A stretch of 64,000 nt of DNA from Spirochaetota bacterium (GCA_050298055.1 JBNKTL010000024.1:1-64000), one strand, 5' to 3'; positions 49,967-60,156 are shown, counted from the first letter of the stretch. A program made the numbers and translations. Notes: generated by a model from the sequence alone, not told the origin.

Positions 49967-50304
49967 TGAGTAATCCTCCATATAAATTAAAAAACAGATG
50001 TTTAAGTTTCAATCTTTGTACTGATACATCAAAAATGCGGCCCGCTTCATATACATTGAAGATCAGCCGTCAATTACCATTTAAAAAAATATATAATCAG
50101 CAATATTTTATTAATGAATATAATAATTCTTACACATGGCTAAATAGTTACAGATATATTCTGGTATACTATGCTCCTCATGTCAATTAATTTCTCCATT
50201 TAATCCAGTAATCTTCTTATTTAAATTATTAAATCACCGATATTAATACAGAATCAGGATACTTTTATCCTTATAAAAACACTATTGGACCCCGGGGGTA
50301 AACA

Positions 50305-50811
50305 ATGTACAAGCCGGTCATAGAGATGGAAAAGATCCTTTCCCGAGAAATTGAGCTTTATGAAGATCTTTACAAGCTGGAGATTGAGAAAAGTGAAGCA
50401 ATAATCCGGAAAGAGTGGGACGTTGTGGAGAAGCTTGCGGCCCGGCAGGAGACGGGGCTTTCCGAGATTGATTTACTGGAGAAAAGGAGGGAGGACCTTA
50501 TCGAGGATTACAGAAGGACCAATAACCTGGATGACTTCTCCCGAAATATCACACTGAAGGAGATCGTTCTTTCAATGGATGAAGATTCGTCTCATCATCT
50601 TCTCCGGCTGGGTATGGACCTGAAGGACATAATGAATAAAACGTCACATCTTGTGAAAACAAACGACACCCTGCTGCATGACAACAGGGAGTTTTTCAAT
50701 ATCTTAATGTCGGGCCTTAAGACGGGCGGGGGCCAGGCAGGTTACGGGAACGACGGGAAGGAGGAGAACATGAAAATCTCCAATCCTGTTCTCTTTAACC
50801 AGACAGCCTGA
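50305..50811 (+). CDS. flgN: Flagellar export chaperone FlgN
   Basis: Helical protein directly upstream of flgK, with L..E..LY..L pattern. Confidence 0.75.
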   Translation: MYKPVIEMEKILSREIELYEDLYKLEIEKSEAIIRKEWDVVEKLAARQETGLSEIDLLEKRREDLIEDYRRTNNLDDFSRNITLKEIVLSMDEDSSHHLLRLGMDLKDIMNKTSHLVKTNDTLLHDNREFFNILMSGLKTGGGQAGYGNDGKEENMKISNPVLFNQTA

Positions 50812-50822
50812 GGAGGAGTAAA

Positions 50823-52730
50823 ATGCCAAATACATTTATGGGACTGGAAATCGGGAAGAGAGGGCTGATGTCGCACCAGCAGGCCCTTCATGTGACGGGG
50901 CACAATATTTCCAATGCCGAGAACAAGGAGTACTCGAGACAGAGAGTTGTCATTACTTCCGCAGACCCCCTTTATGTTCCCGCGCTCAACAGGGAGATGG
51001 TGAAAGGGATGCTGGGGCAGGGCTCCACGGTGTCACAGGTTGAGAGAATAAGGAACGCGTTTATCGATGACCGGATCGTTTCTGAAAAAAATGTCATGGG
51101 TTTCTGGAAATCCAAAAACGATTTTATATACCAGGTCGAGTCTATCTATAACGAGCCCTCCGACCGGTCCATCAGGTCGAGAATGGACGAACTCTGGAAG
51201 GCATGGGAGGAGCTTTCCAAGTACCCGGAAATGAGGGCAACACGGGAGGTTGTCAAGGAGAAGGGGGTTAACCTTTCCAACGAGGTTAACAATGTCTACA
51301 GGCAGCTCTATGAGCTCCGGCTCGATGCCAACAGGCAGGTCAAACATATGACCGAACAGCTCAACATGTATGCCCGGGACGTCAGGGATTTAAACGAAAG
51401 GATACTGAAATCCGAAGCGGTGGGAGACAACCCCAACGATCTCAAGGACAGGAGAGACGCCCTTATTGAAAAGATGTCAACTATCGCCGATATCTCGGTG
51501 GGCAGGAGCGATAAAGACGAGATCATTGTCTACCTGGGTGCCGAGAACTTTGTCCAGGGAGAGGTCTTCCGCCCGTTGAAGGCGGTCATGGACCCGGAAA
51601 ATAACGGCCTGTTCAAGGTCGTCTGGAAAGAGACAGAGACAGACGTTACCATAAAAGGGGGAGAGCTCGCGGGGATGTTCGAGGTGAGGGATGTGATAAT
51701 CAGGGACAACATCAATGACTTAAATGCCTTTGCAATAAACCTCGCTGACATGACAAACGAGGTCCACAGGGACGGATTTGGAAGGAGAAGCGAGACCAAT
51801 GTGAATTTTTTCAGGCACATTGCCGCAAGCGATAATACCGACGGAAACTTCGATCTTAACAGTGACGGCGTTGAGGAGGTGAGTGCCATATTCAAGGTTT
51901 CGGGAAATAATAAAGTTGACGCCTCTGCGGCAATAGGGATATCGGGCACACTTACCTTTGTTTCCAATACCCGGCTGGAGACACTCCAGCAGGTGGATTA
52001 CAACGCGTCGGATACGGTGAATACCGTTATAAAGAAGATAAACGACGCGAAGCTGGGAGTTGTGGCGTACCTTGACCATGAGAAGAGACTGGCTGTCAAG
52101 GCCACAATCGCGCGGGACCATGACAATAAGAACTTTATGATCAGGCACCTGGAGGATTCGGGGCAGTTTCTCGTGGGACTTACGGGTGTTCTGAAACAAT
52201 CGGGCAGGGACGGCGCCTTCGATTACAGAAGGATCAATGATATAAGCAAGTTTCTCCCCTCGCGGGAGCATATAACCATTACGCCGAAGTTCAATCCCGC
52301 CGCGTACATGGCGGTTTCTGACAGGATTGTTCGTGATGTTGACCTCATAGCGGCAGCCCGGGGAAAGGACATCGGGGGAACGGGAGATTTTAATACCGCA
52401 AACGGTATCGGTGACGGGACCAACGCCTTGAGACTGGCGGGCCTCCGGCACAAGCATGCGATGGTTGATAAAAATTCCACCTTCAATGACTTTTACATCG
52501 CCCTGGTCTCGCGGATAGGAACACAGGGTGAAGAGGCCAAGGACAGGATAAAGAACCAGGAGACCCTGCTGAAGAACCTGACCAATCTCAGGGAATCCGT
52601 ATCCGGCATAAACCTGGATGAGGAGATGGCCAACATGGTCGCCTTCCAGCACGGCTACAATGCCGCGGCCAGGGTCATTTCAACAATGGACAGTATGCTC
52701 GATACCATTATCAACAGGATGGGAGTGTAG
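50823..52730 (+). CDS. flgK: Flagellar hook-associated protein FlgK
   Basis: GHNISNA..YSRQRV, NDLKDRRD, SGINLDEEMANM. Confidence 0.96.
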   Translation: MPNTFMGLEIGKRGLMSHQQALHVTGHNISNAENKEYSRQRVVITSADPLYVPALNREMVKGMLGQGSTVSQVERIRNAFIDDRIVSEKNVMGFWKSKNDFIYQVESIYNEPSDRSIRSRMDELWKAWEELSKYPEMRATREVVKEKGVNLSNEVNNVYRQLYELRLDANRQVKHMTEQLNMYARDVRDLNERILKSEAVGDNPNDLKDRRDALIEKMSTIADISVGRSDKDEIIVYLGAENFVQGEVFRPLKAVMDPENNGLFKVVWKETETDVTIKGGELAGMFEVRDVIIRDNINDLNAFAINLADMTNEVHRDGFGRRSETNVNFFRHIAASDNTDGNFDLNSDGVEEVSAIFKVSGNNKVDASAAIGISGTLTFVSNTRLETLQQVDYNASDTVNTVIKKINDAKLGVVAYLDHEKRLAVKATIARDHDNKNFMIRHLEDSGQFLVGLTGVLKQSGRDGAFDYRRINDISKFLPSREHITITPKFNPAAYMAVSDRIVRDVDLIAAARGKDIGGTGDFNTANGIGDGTNALRLAGLRHKHAMVDKNSTFNDFYIALVSRIGTQGEEAKDRIKNQETLLKNLTNLRESVSGINLDEEMANMVAFQHGYNAAARVISTMDSMLDTIINRMGV

Positions 52731-52734
52731 ATAA

Positions 52735-53997
52735 ATGAACAGAATAACAAACCAGATGCTTAACAATACCATGACCTACAACCTCAACAGGCATACCCAG
52801 GAGATGGACAGTATCCAGGACAAGCTGGCAACGGGAAAGAATGTCAGGCTTCCCCGGGACAATCCCATCTCGGCAACCAACCAGATGCTCTACAGGTCAC
52901 GGCTTTCCGAGATCCACCAGTATATCAGCAACCTGGATGAGAGCAAGAACAGGCTCAGCGATATCGACACCTCGGTGCAGTCCATGCTGAGGATCTTTCA
53001 GAGAATAAGGGTCCTCACCGTGCAGGGCGCCCACGGGATCTACTCATCCTTTGAGAGGAAGGAGGCAGCGGCAACGGAGATAAACCAGCTTCTGGAGGAA
53101 CTCGTGGCCATCGCAAACACAAAGAGTTCCACCGGCAGGCCGATCTTCGGCGGACATATGACCGGTACGGAAAAGCAGCCCAATCCCTTTGTGCCCATTT
53201 ATCAGACTCTCACCGCGGGACAGCAGGGTGACGCCATGATAGGTGTGGAGTACAGGGGAGACATCGGCGGTGTCACCAGGGAAGTTTCCAAAGGCGAGTA
53301 TATGGATGTGAATATCCCGGGCAACAGAATATTCTGGGCCTCAAACCAGATCCTTACATCCAACAGGGACACATCGGACTATTCCTCCGTTTCCAACCAG
53401 GCTGTCCGGATCGACGGGAAGGAGATAAATATATCCGCCGGTGATAACCTTGATATTATTATCGACAAGATAAATAACGGCGGGCTCAGCGTGAGGGCGT
53501 CCAAGGGCGGGCGGAACAATATCATCCTCGAATCAACTACCCCCCACCAGATATGGCTGGAGGACGTGGGAAGCGGAACGGTCCTCAAGGACCTGGGACT
53601 GGTAAACAGCAATTTTCCCGATCCCCCCAATAATATTGATCCCACGGTGACTGTGGGAGGAATGTCCATCTTTGAGATGATCATCCAGCTCAGGGACGAC
53701 CTTGTAAGGGGCGACCAGGAGCTTGTAGGCGGCAGGGACCTGGGTCTTATCGATGTTGCACTGGACAACCTGCTGCGCAATGTGTCCCTGGTCGGCGCTA
53801 AGCAGAACAGGGTGGAAGAGCTTGCCAAGAGGTCCGAGTATGAAAAGGGAAATGTCCTTGAAATGCTCTCAAAGACCGAGGGTATCGATTACGCGGAGAC
53901 GATAATGAACTTCAAGTGGATTGAGAGCGTACACCAGTATGCCCTGGCAGTGGGAGCAAAATCCATCCGGCCCACACTTATGGATTTCCTGAGATAG
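52735..53997 (+). CDS. flgL: Flagellar hook-associated protein FlgL
   Basis: MNRITNQM..LATGK..P.DNP; C-terminal PTLMDFLR. Confidence 0.94.
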   Translation: MNRITNQMLNNTMTYNLNRHTQEMDSIQDKLATGKNVRLPRDNPISATNQMLYRSRLSEIHQYISNLDESKNRLSDIDTSVQSMLRIFQRIRVLTVQGAHGIYSSFERKEAAATEINQLLEELVAIANTKSSTGRPIFGGHMTGTEKQPNPFVPIYQTLTAGQQGDAMIGVEYRGDIGGVTREVSKGEYMDVNIPGNRIFWASNQILTSNRDTSDYSSVSNQAVRIDGKEINISAGDNLDIIIDKINNGGLSVRASKGGRNNIILESTTPHQIWLEDVGSGTVLKDLGLVNSNFPDPPNNIDPTVTVGGMSIFEMIIQLRDDLVRGDQELVGGRDLGLIDVALDNLLRNVSLVGAKQNRVEELAKRSEYEKGNVLEMLSKTEGIDYAETIMNFKWIESVHQYALAVGAKSIRPTLMDFLR

Positions 53998-54056
53998 ACG
54001 GGCAGGCAATCCGGAAATTTGATACGCAAGAAGATTAACCCATAAGGAGCAAGCAG

Positions 54057-54521
54057 TTGAGAATAAAGATTGTTACAAAGCCGTTCGGTGAAATTGAAAT
54101 TGATGAAAAACAGGTTGTGGATTTTCCCGATGGTATCCTTGGATTTGACTTTATTAAGAAGTACGCAATTATCGATTCTGATGATGAAAAGTCCCCCTTT
54201 AAATGGCTGCAGGCTTTTGATGAACCGGGTCTTGCTTTTGTCATAATAAGACCCGAGGACTTTATGTCGTCATTTGTCCTCAGGGTTTCTCAAAACGACC
54301 TTGATGCCGTGGGTATAGAGGATAAAAAAGACGCGATTGTTTTCGCCATAGTCACAATCCCCGAAAATCCTTCCGATATGACTGCTAACCTTCAGGGGCC
54401 CGTTCTTATAAACCCGGAGAAACACCTGGGGAGACAGGCCATCTCACTTGACGACCAGCACAATGTACGGCACAGAATACTGGACGAGATAAAGAAGTCC
54501 ACAGAGAAAGAGGGTAAATAA
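54057..54521 (+). CDS. fliW: Flagellar assembly factor FliW
   Basis: [26 protein letters not shown]. Confidence 0.94.
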   Translation: MRIKIVTKPFGEIEIDEKQVVDFPDGILGFDFIKKYAIIDSDDEKSPFKWLQAFDEPGLAFVIIRPEDFMSSFVLRVSQNDLDAVGIEDKKDAIVFAIVTIPENPSDMTANLQGPVLINPEKHLGRQAISLDDQHNVRHRILDEIKKSTEKEGK

Positions 54522-54522
54522 G

Positions 54523-54807
54523 ATGCTGGTACTGGCAAGAAAACTGAATGAAAGCATAATGATAGGGGACGATGTGGAGGTTGTTGTTATCGATATTAAA
54601 GGCGACCAGGTCAAGCTTGGCATACGGGCTCCGAAAAATGTTACCGTCCACAGGAAAGAGATATACCAGGACATTAAACAGGAAAATATTGCCGCCATAA
54701 GCTCTGAGTTTAAACCCGATGATCTGAGAGAGCTCTCAGATTTCTTCAGGAAGGAGAAGGAGGGGAAGAAACCGGAGGGAAAAGACAGGGAAAAAAAGGA
54801 GAAGTAG
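54523..54807 (+). CDS. csrA: Carbon storage regulator CsrA
   Basis: [32 protein letters not shown]. Confidence 0.97.
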   Translation: MLVLARKLNESIMIGDDVEVVVIDIKGDQVKLGIRAPKNVTVHRKEIYQDIKQENIAAISSEFKPDDLRELSDFFRKEKEGKKPEGKDREKKEK

Positions 54808-54811
54808 TTGG

Positions 54812-55477
54812 ATGGCGGGTATCTTATCAATAGATTATCTTCTCCTCTCCCTGGTCTCATTTTCGATTCTGCTGCTTCTCCGGGAATTCTTTGCATATAA
54901 GCGGGTCCTCGCGTTAAAATATCTCCTCACACCGCTTGTCACCATCTCCATTCTCCTGGTTATTCCGGTTTCCATTAATAACAGCGGAGTAAACAGCTAC
55001 AGGATACTTATTTTTACGGCCCTTCTCATGTCTCTTGTTGCGGACACACTCCTCATGATTGAAGAAGTGAATCTGCTGAAACCGGGGATCCTCTTTTTCA
55101 TGCTGGCCCATATATTTTACACTGCGGCCTTTTCGGGGGGATTCAGTTTCCAGGGGTGGAACTTCCTGATCATCATCTTGCTTATTTTATTCCTGAAAAA
55201 AATCAGCAGGGTCTTTCTGGGAAAAGCGGGTGACATGAGGATACCTGTCATGGCTTATATGCTGGTCATTTCTGTTATGGTGTTTTTTGCCGTGTCAACA
55301 TTTAACAAAGGGTATACCGCCAGGAGTTTCCTGTTAACGGCGGGAGCGCTTCTCTTTGTTGCTTCTGACATGGTCCTGGCTTTCAACCAGTTTGTTAAGG
55401 AGATACCTCACAGTACCGTGAAAACCTGGGCGCTCTATGCACCGGCCCAGATGTTGATTGCGCTCTCCTGTCTGTAA
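54812..55477 (+). CDS. YhhN family lysoplasmalogenase-like membrane protein
   Basis: ADTLL, FMLAHIFY, GALLFVASD..LA, YAPAQ. Confidence 0.85.
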   Translation: MAGILSIDYLLLSLVSFSILLLLREFFAYKRVLALKYLLTPLVTISILLVIPVSINNSGVNSYRILIFTALLMSLVADTLLMIEEVNLLKPGILFFMLAHIFYTAAFSGGFSFQGWNFLIIILLILFLKKISRVFLGKAGDMRIPVMAYMLVISVMVFFAVSTFNKGYTARSFLLTAGALLFVASDMVLAFNQFVKEIPHSTVKTWALYAPAQMLIALSCL

Positions 55478-55629
55478 TACCTGCTGTCCCCCTGAGGACA
55501 TAGTCCTGTTATCTCCGGAAGGCACTGTGGAAATGATGTGAAAAAAGGGTCAAAAAAATCCTTTACAAAAACAGTGTTTTAAAAAAAGAATACATTATTT
55601 AATAATTTAGTATATAATGAAATAGTTTG

Positions 55630-56469
55630 ATGAAACCGGGAAAAAATTATAAGTATGTCTTTCTTTTCTCTGCGATACTTCTGATGTCTGTCCTGAATGC
55701 AGCAGGGAAGGTAAAAAAGGAAAGTCCGGCAGGGAAAGACAATCTCGGTGGTAATAAATCAGTAACAGCTGATATACTGAAAATTAAAAAGACCGGCACT
55801 GTTATCAGTGTGGGTGGCATTGAGTTTGTTGCCATAAAAGGGGGCTGTTTTACTCTGGGCTCAGATGATCATAACGACGAGAAGCCGGCCCACAGGGTAT
55901 GTGTTGACTCATTCTGGATAGGAAAGTATGAGGTCACACAGGAACAGTATAAGGCGATTACGGGGAAAAATCCCAGCAGGTTCAAAGGAAGCAGAAGGCC
56001 GGTTGAGAAGGTGAACTGGAACGATGCGATGAATTTCGCGAAAAAATTCGGCAGGAGATTCGAAGTGGAGGCAAGGCTCCCCTACGAAGCGGAGTGGGAG
56101 TATGCGGCCCGTGCAGGTTCTTCAACGAAGTTTTTCTGGGGAGACAGCTTTCATGAGGATTATGCCTGGTACAGCGGAAATTCAGGGAAACAGACAAACC
56201 CGGTCGGCCAAAAAAAACCGAATCCCTGGGGTCTGTATGATATGTCGGGAAATGTCTGGGAATGGTGTATGGACTGGTATGGGAGCATGTATTACAGTAA
56301 AAGCCCGGAAAGAAATCCCCGGGGGCCCCAAACGGGTAAGTACAGGATCTTAAGGGGCGGATGCTGGGACGATTACAGGTTTAACCTGCGTTCGTCATAC
56401 CGCAACTACATTAACCCGGATTGCCGCTATTATGATGATGGTTTTCGCCTGGTTATTCCTGTGAAGTAG
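55630..56469 (+). CDS. Exported FGE-sulfatase/SUMF1 (CLec-fold) domain protein; candidate DGR target
   Basis: EKPAH, EVTQ, RLPYEAEWEYAARAG, GLYDMSGNVWEW, RGG.W..GFRL. Confidence 0.92.
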   Translation: MKPGKNYKYVFLFSAILLMSVLNAAGKVKKESPAGKDNLGGNKSVTADILKIKKTGTVISVGGIEFVAIKGGCFTLGSDDHNDEKPAHRVCVDSFWIGKYEVTQEQYKAITGKNPSRFKGSRRPVEKVNWNDAMNFAKKFGRRFEVEARLPYEAEWEYAARAGSSTKFFWGDSFHEDYAWYSGNSGKQTNPVGQKKPNPWGLYDMSGNVWEWCMDWYGSMYYSKSPERNPRGPQTGKYRILRGGCWDDYRFNLRSSYRNYINPDCRYYDDGFRLVIPVK

Positions 56470-56471
56470 GC

Positions 56472-56543
56472 CGGGGTTATTTCTGGTAATAGGCGGGGTT
56501 ATTTCTGGTAATAGGCGGGGTTATTTCTGGTAATAGGCGGGGT
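56472..56543 (+). repeat. 22-bp tandem repeat, three copies plus a partial
   Basis: (cggggttatttctggtaatagg)x3 + cggggt. Confidence 0.95.
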
Positions 56544-56568
56544 CACGTGACCCCGCCTATTACCAGAA
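56525..56568. repeat. Perfect 44-bp palindrome
   Basis: ttctggtaataggcggggtcac|gtgaccccgcctattaccagaa. Confidence 0.95.
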
Positions 56569-57373
56569 TATGCCTCTTCCCGAAAACCCTCACATATCCC
56601 GAATAGAGTTTCGTTGAATGGGGATGCCTGAAGGGTTCCACCTTTCTCTTCATCATGTCATTTTTTGCATAGAGCTTTCTGCCAACAGAGCTTGCAGAGT
56701 AGACTTTCTCTCCATTATCGATTATTATATAGAATTTTGTTTGAGTTGCATCGGTAGTTGTACTGCCGAAATGGTCAAAAGCCGTATAGGTCCCGTTCCT
56801 GTATGTGAACCGGGAATGTTCATTGTCCGTGCGGACTTCCTTTTCCGTGTCCTCTTTATTTATGATCAGCAGATCCGAAAACGGTGAGATAAACCATGAC
56901 CGGTTTTTTTCATATGTTATCCACTTGTAAGGCCTGTCCCGGTACTCCTTCTTCTCCTTCGCTTCCCTGTAAACCGGTTCACCTTTCGGTTCATTCCTGT
57001 GCCGGAGCAGGGGAAAATCCTCAACGCTCCTGTCCCGGAGTTCCCCGATTTTTCTGAGGAGAAAATGGATGAGATCAAAATCAATACCCTCCCCGGTGTA
57101 ATGCCGCCTGTATTCCCTGATGAGGGTATTGAGCTTCATTACATGACCGCCGCCGTGGATGGAGTTGTAACTTGAATAGATGGATGAGAGGGTGTTGAGT
57201 TCTTCCTCGATGAGATCATAGATCTCATCGAAACCGGAGTATTTTATCTCAAGCTCCTTTACCGCGCTGTGGAGTTTGCCCTGGATCTCCTCGATCTTCT
57301 CCATGCTGACGCGCCAGAATTCGGAGTAGTCCAGGTATTTCCCATTGCCGTCTATGCCATTTTCCTTATTCAT
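56543..57373 (-). CDS. Hypothetical protein
   Basis: 276-aa ORF with host-like codon usage. Confidence 0.7.
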   Translation of the reverse strand: MNKENGIDGNGKYLDYSEFWRVSMEKIEEIQGKLHSAVKELEIKYSGFDEIYDLIEEELNTLSSIYSSYNSIHGGGHVMKLNTLIREYRRHYTGEGIDFDLIHFLLRKIGELRDRSVEDFPLLRHRNEPKGEPVYREAKEKKEYRDRPYKWITYEKNRSWFISPFSDLLIINKEDTEKEVRTDNEHSRFTYRNGTYTAFDHFGSTTTDATQTKFYIIIDNGEKVYSASSVGRKLYAKNDMMKRKVEPFRHPHSTKLYSGYVRVFGKRHILVIGGVT

Positions 57374-57528
57374 TCCCGGTCCTGTGGATTTTTCTTAAGT
57401 TAATAAACTGGATAGTATCAAGTAAGCTGATGCTGTCAACTGATTTTAGCAACGGGTCATGTTAATGCCAATATTAGTTTATCAGAAATTTAAAATTAAT
57501 ATAACTAAAAAAAGAACACAAAGTTTTT

Positions 57529-57577
57529 TTGCCACAGAGACACGGAGACACAGAGTGCCTCTATGTCTCTGTGGCAA
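57529..57577. repeat. Inverted 8-nt-periodic intergenic repeat
   Basis: ttgccacagagacacggagacacagag..ctctatgtctctgtggcaa. Confidence 0.65.
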
Positions 57578-57744
57578 CTCTTCCTCCGCATACTTAGTGG
57601 TATAAAATATTATTTCTGAACCGGGAATTTCATAATTTATTGCGGCCAATACTTATTTAAGGAATAAATACAGCTTAAATCTAATAAAATAATTGATATA
57701 TCATTAATTATGATATATAAATATATTAATGTAAGGAGTTGATC

Positions 57745-58398
57745 ATGAAAAGGATCAAGTCAATTCTCTTGATAACAGTCTTGTGGGCGCTTTCCTGCGC
57801 TTACCAGAGTCCCCTTGTGGAATGGGAAGACGGTATTATACCCTACTACTATACCGGAAGTTTTTCAGATGAAGAAATTCTCCTTATTGAAGAGGGTATG
57901 AGACGGTGGGAATCTGTCTGCGGAGTGGACTTTATTGAAGTCACTCCCCGGTCATATGCATATGAGATCAGGAAAGAGGTTGGAAACCAGTCCTGGACTT
58001 CAAGTATCGGGGAGAACAATATCAGCTGTTTCTTCAACTATGGCTACTCCACGAATCCCCTGAAGCATATCATTCATGAACTGGGGCACTGCCTCGGGTT
58101 GCTCCACGAACATCAGAGACCTGACAGGGACAGCTATGTGACAATCATCTGGGGGAATATCTATCCTGAATATGAACATGACTTTGAAATGAGAGACAAT
58201 CCCCTCATAACAGAAGAGGACTATGAGTATGATTATGACTCCATAATGCACTATCCCCGGTATGCCTTCAGCATAAATGGTTTCGAAACCATAGTACCGG
58301 CTGATCCCGATACTGATATCGGGCTGGCTGATGATATAAGTCCCCTGGATGCTGAAAAAGTCAGGGAAATTTATGGTCCCCCCGGGGACAATGATTAA
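57745..58398 (+). CDS. Astacin (M12A) zinc metallopeptidase, lipoprotein
   Basis: HELGHCLGLLHEHQRPDRD, YDYDSIMHY Met-turn; lipobox ALSC. Confidence 0.92.
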   Translation: MKRIKSILLITVLWALSCAYQSPLVEWEDGIIPYYYTGSFSDEEILLIEEGMRRWESVCGVDFIEVTPRSYAYEIRKEVGNQSWTSSIGENNISCFFNYGYSTNPLKHIIHELGHCLGLLHEHQRPDRDSYVTIIWGNIYPEYEHDFEMRDNPLITEEDYEYDYDSIMHYPRYAFSINGFETIVPADPDTDIGLADDISPLDAEKVREIYGPPGDND

Positions 58399-58422
58399 TA
58401 TGAGTTCTCCAAAGGTATTCAG

Positions 58423-59649
58423 GTGAAGTTTGTCAGTGCAACAATTATTCTCTCTCTTCTGGTTATGGGTAAAATGGATCTCCGGGGAAAATCAATTGTT
58501 GAGATCTATGAATACAGCACTGTCATTGCCCGGGCGGATGAGAGGGAAAAGAAAAAGGGCCCGAATATCAGCAATAAACCGGCGGAAAAGGGGAAAAGAA
58601 GTGTTGAAGAGGAACTTGCCGAAATGCGTCGTGAAATCGAGGAGCTGAAGGACCGGGTTGCGGAACTGGAAAAGGCCGAAAACGAACGGAGCAATTTAAA
58701 ATTCAGCGGGTTCTTTGATGTGGGGGCATCAAACTATAAGAACAAGCCCAATGTCTTTGAAATCGGGGGACTGGAACTTGACCTGGAGCATAATTATAAG
58801 GAGAACTTCCAGGTAGCGGCGGCCCTGGTCTTCAGTGAGGGTGCCGAGCTTGGCGTGGGGTTTATCGACTACCACATATTCGGGGGAGAGATATCTCCCC
58901 GGGGGCGTCTTTTCAAAGAGGAGGGTCTCCACCTCCAGGTCGGGAAATTCGATGTCCCCTTTGGTAATGACTGGCAGTTTTTTCCAGCTATTAACAGAAT
59001 TACAGTAACACCTCCCCTCACAACCGATGTGATCATGGAGGGAGGTTATAACGATGTGGGGATGAGGCTCCTCTCCAACTTTGTCTCCTTTAATGTGTCA
59101 ATGTACCTGCTCCGGGGAATTGAGCAGGGATATTCGTACGGCGGGAATTCATACGGGGGGAGGCTGGGGATCACTCCCTTCAGCAACCCCTATTCCCTGA
59201 GGGTAAAGAGCATTCCCGTTTTTGAACTGGGCGGGTCGTATATCCTGGACGTTGACAGGAACGGGGGTACCACGGAAAAACTTGTCGCTGCTGATTTCCA
59301 GAGCAAAATAGGTCCCCTGATTTTACGCAGCGAATACACCCGGCGCGACAAAACGGTGGGTATACTCCTCCAGGGGTATCACGTGACCGGCGGGTTTGAT
59401 TTTTCCGCCATTACACAGCTTCCGCTTATAATCTACTCCCGGTACGACACAACAGTGTCAGAGAGGTATGAAAGGGGAGATGAAAAGAACAGGCTGGCCA
59501 GGGTTGCCGCCGGTCTCAATATCAACCTCTATAATATCTCCTATATAAAGTTTGAATACCTGCAGTATCTTGATGCATACGATGAGTATAAACAGGATGA
59601 GTATTATACCGAGAGGCTCTACTATTTCCGGCTGGTTATAGCATTTTAA
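58423..59649 (+). CDS. Outer-membrane beta-barrel porin with N-terminal coiled coil
   Basis: Coiled coil EELAEMRREIEELKDRVAELE, FSGFFD, VGKFDVPFG, C-terminal F. Confidence 0.75.
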   Translation: MKFVSATIILSLLVMGKMDLRGKSIVEIYEYSTVIARADEREKKKGPNISNKPAEKGKRSVEEELAEMRREIEELKDRVAELEKAENERSNLKFSGFFDVGASNYKNKPNVFEIGGLELDLEHNYKENFQVAAALVFSEGAELGVGFIDYHIFGGEISPRGRLFKEEGLHLQVGKFDVPFGNDWQFFPAINRITVTPPLTTDVIMEGGYNDVGMRLLSNFVSFNVSMYLLRGIEQGYSYGGNSYGGRLGITPFSNPYSLRVKSIPVFELGGSYILDVDRNGGTTEKLVAADFQSKIGPLILRSEYTRRDKTVGILLQGYHVTGGFDFSAITQLPLIIYSRYDTTVSERYERGDEKNRLARVAAGLNINLYNISYIKFEYLQYLDAYDEYKQDEYYTERLYYFRLVIAF

Positions 59650-59657
59650 CAGGGATA

Positions 59658-60137
59658 ATGATGAAAAAAAAGCTTATAAGAGTGACACTGATAATCCTGA
59701 TTTCACATTCTTTTATGCAACTCTCCTCAAATGGAGCTGACAGTGAAACGGTTAAAATCATGCCCTTTGTTGAATCAGCTTCGCACTGCAGAAAGTGTCA
59801 CTCTGATAAAAAGTCAGCCGGGCTTCTCATAAATCCTGCATTATCATGCGACATCAACTGCATGACATGCCACGGGAAAAAGAAGGAAGTCATGGAAAAA
59901 CACCATGCGGTAAAGGTCAGGTTGAGTTTCAAAACGAAATTCCAATTCAGGTTGTCGGTACATAACAGGATGATGTGTATTACATGCCACAACCTTAATG
60001 GGAAAAGATTTGATTCGGTATCATGGAAATCTGAAAGTCTCTTTGAAAAGATGTTTAAAGGGAAGTCCCGTTATAAAACATTTTATCTTGTCATGAGAAA
60101 TAATAAAGGTACACTGTGCGTGCAATGCCACTATTAA
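59658..60137 (+). CDS. Exported tetraheme c-type cytochrome
   Basis: Four CxxCH motifs (CRKCH, CMTCH, CITCH, CVQCH); signal peptide. Confidence 0.85.
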   Translation: MMKKKLIRVTLIILISHSFMQLSSNGADSETVKIMPFVESASHCRKCHSDKKSAGLLINPALSCDINCMTCHGKKKEVMEKHHAVKVRLSFKTKFQFRLSVHNRMMCITCHNLNGKRFDSVSWKSESLFEKMFKGKSRYKTFYLVMRNNKGTLCVQCHY

Positions 60138-60156
60138 TGCCTGATGGAGAGAGAAA

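Noticed and set aside
50217..50243. Sigma-28 promoter for flgN
   Set aside because: A CCGATA -10-like element is present, but no TAAA at the canonical spacing, so it is not called.
51720..52652. 310-aa antisense ORF (and similar shadow ORFs within glnS, gltX, mutL and the SPFH gene)
   Set aside because: Fully overlaps a well-supported gene on the other strand and has no recognisable motifs.
56472..56543. CRISPR array
   Set aside because: Units are contiguous with no spacers, and no cas genes are present.
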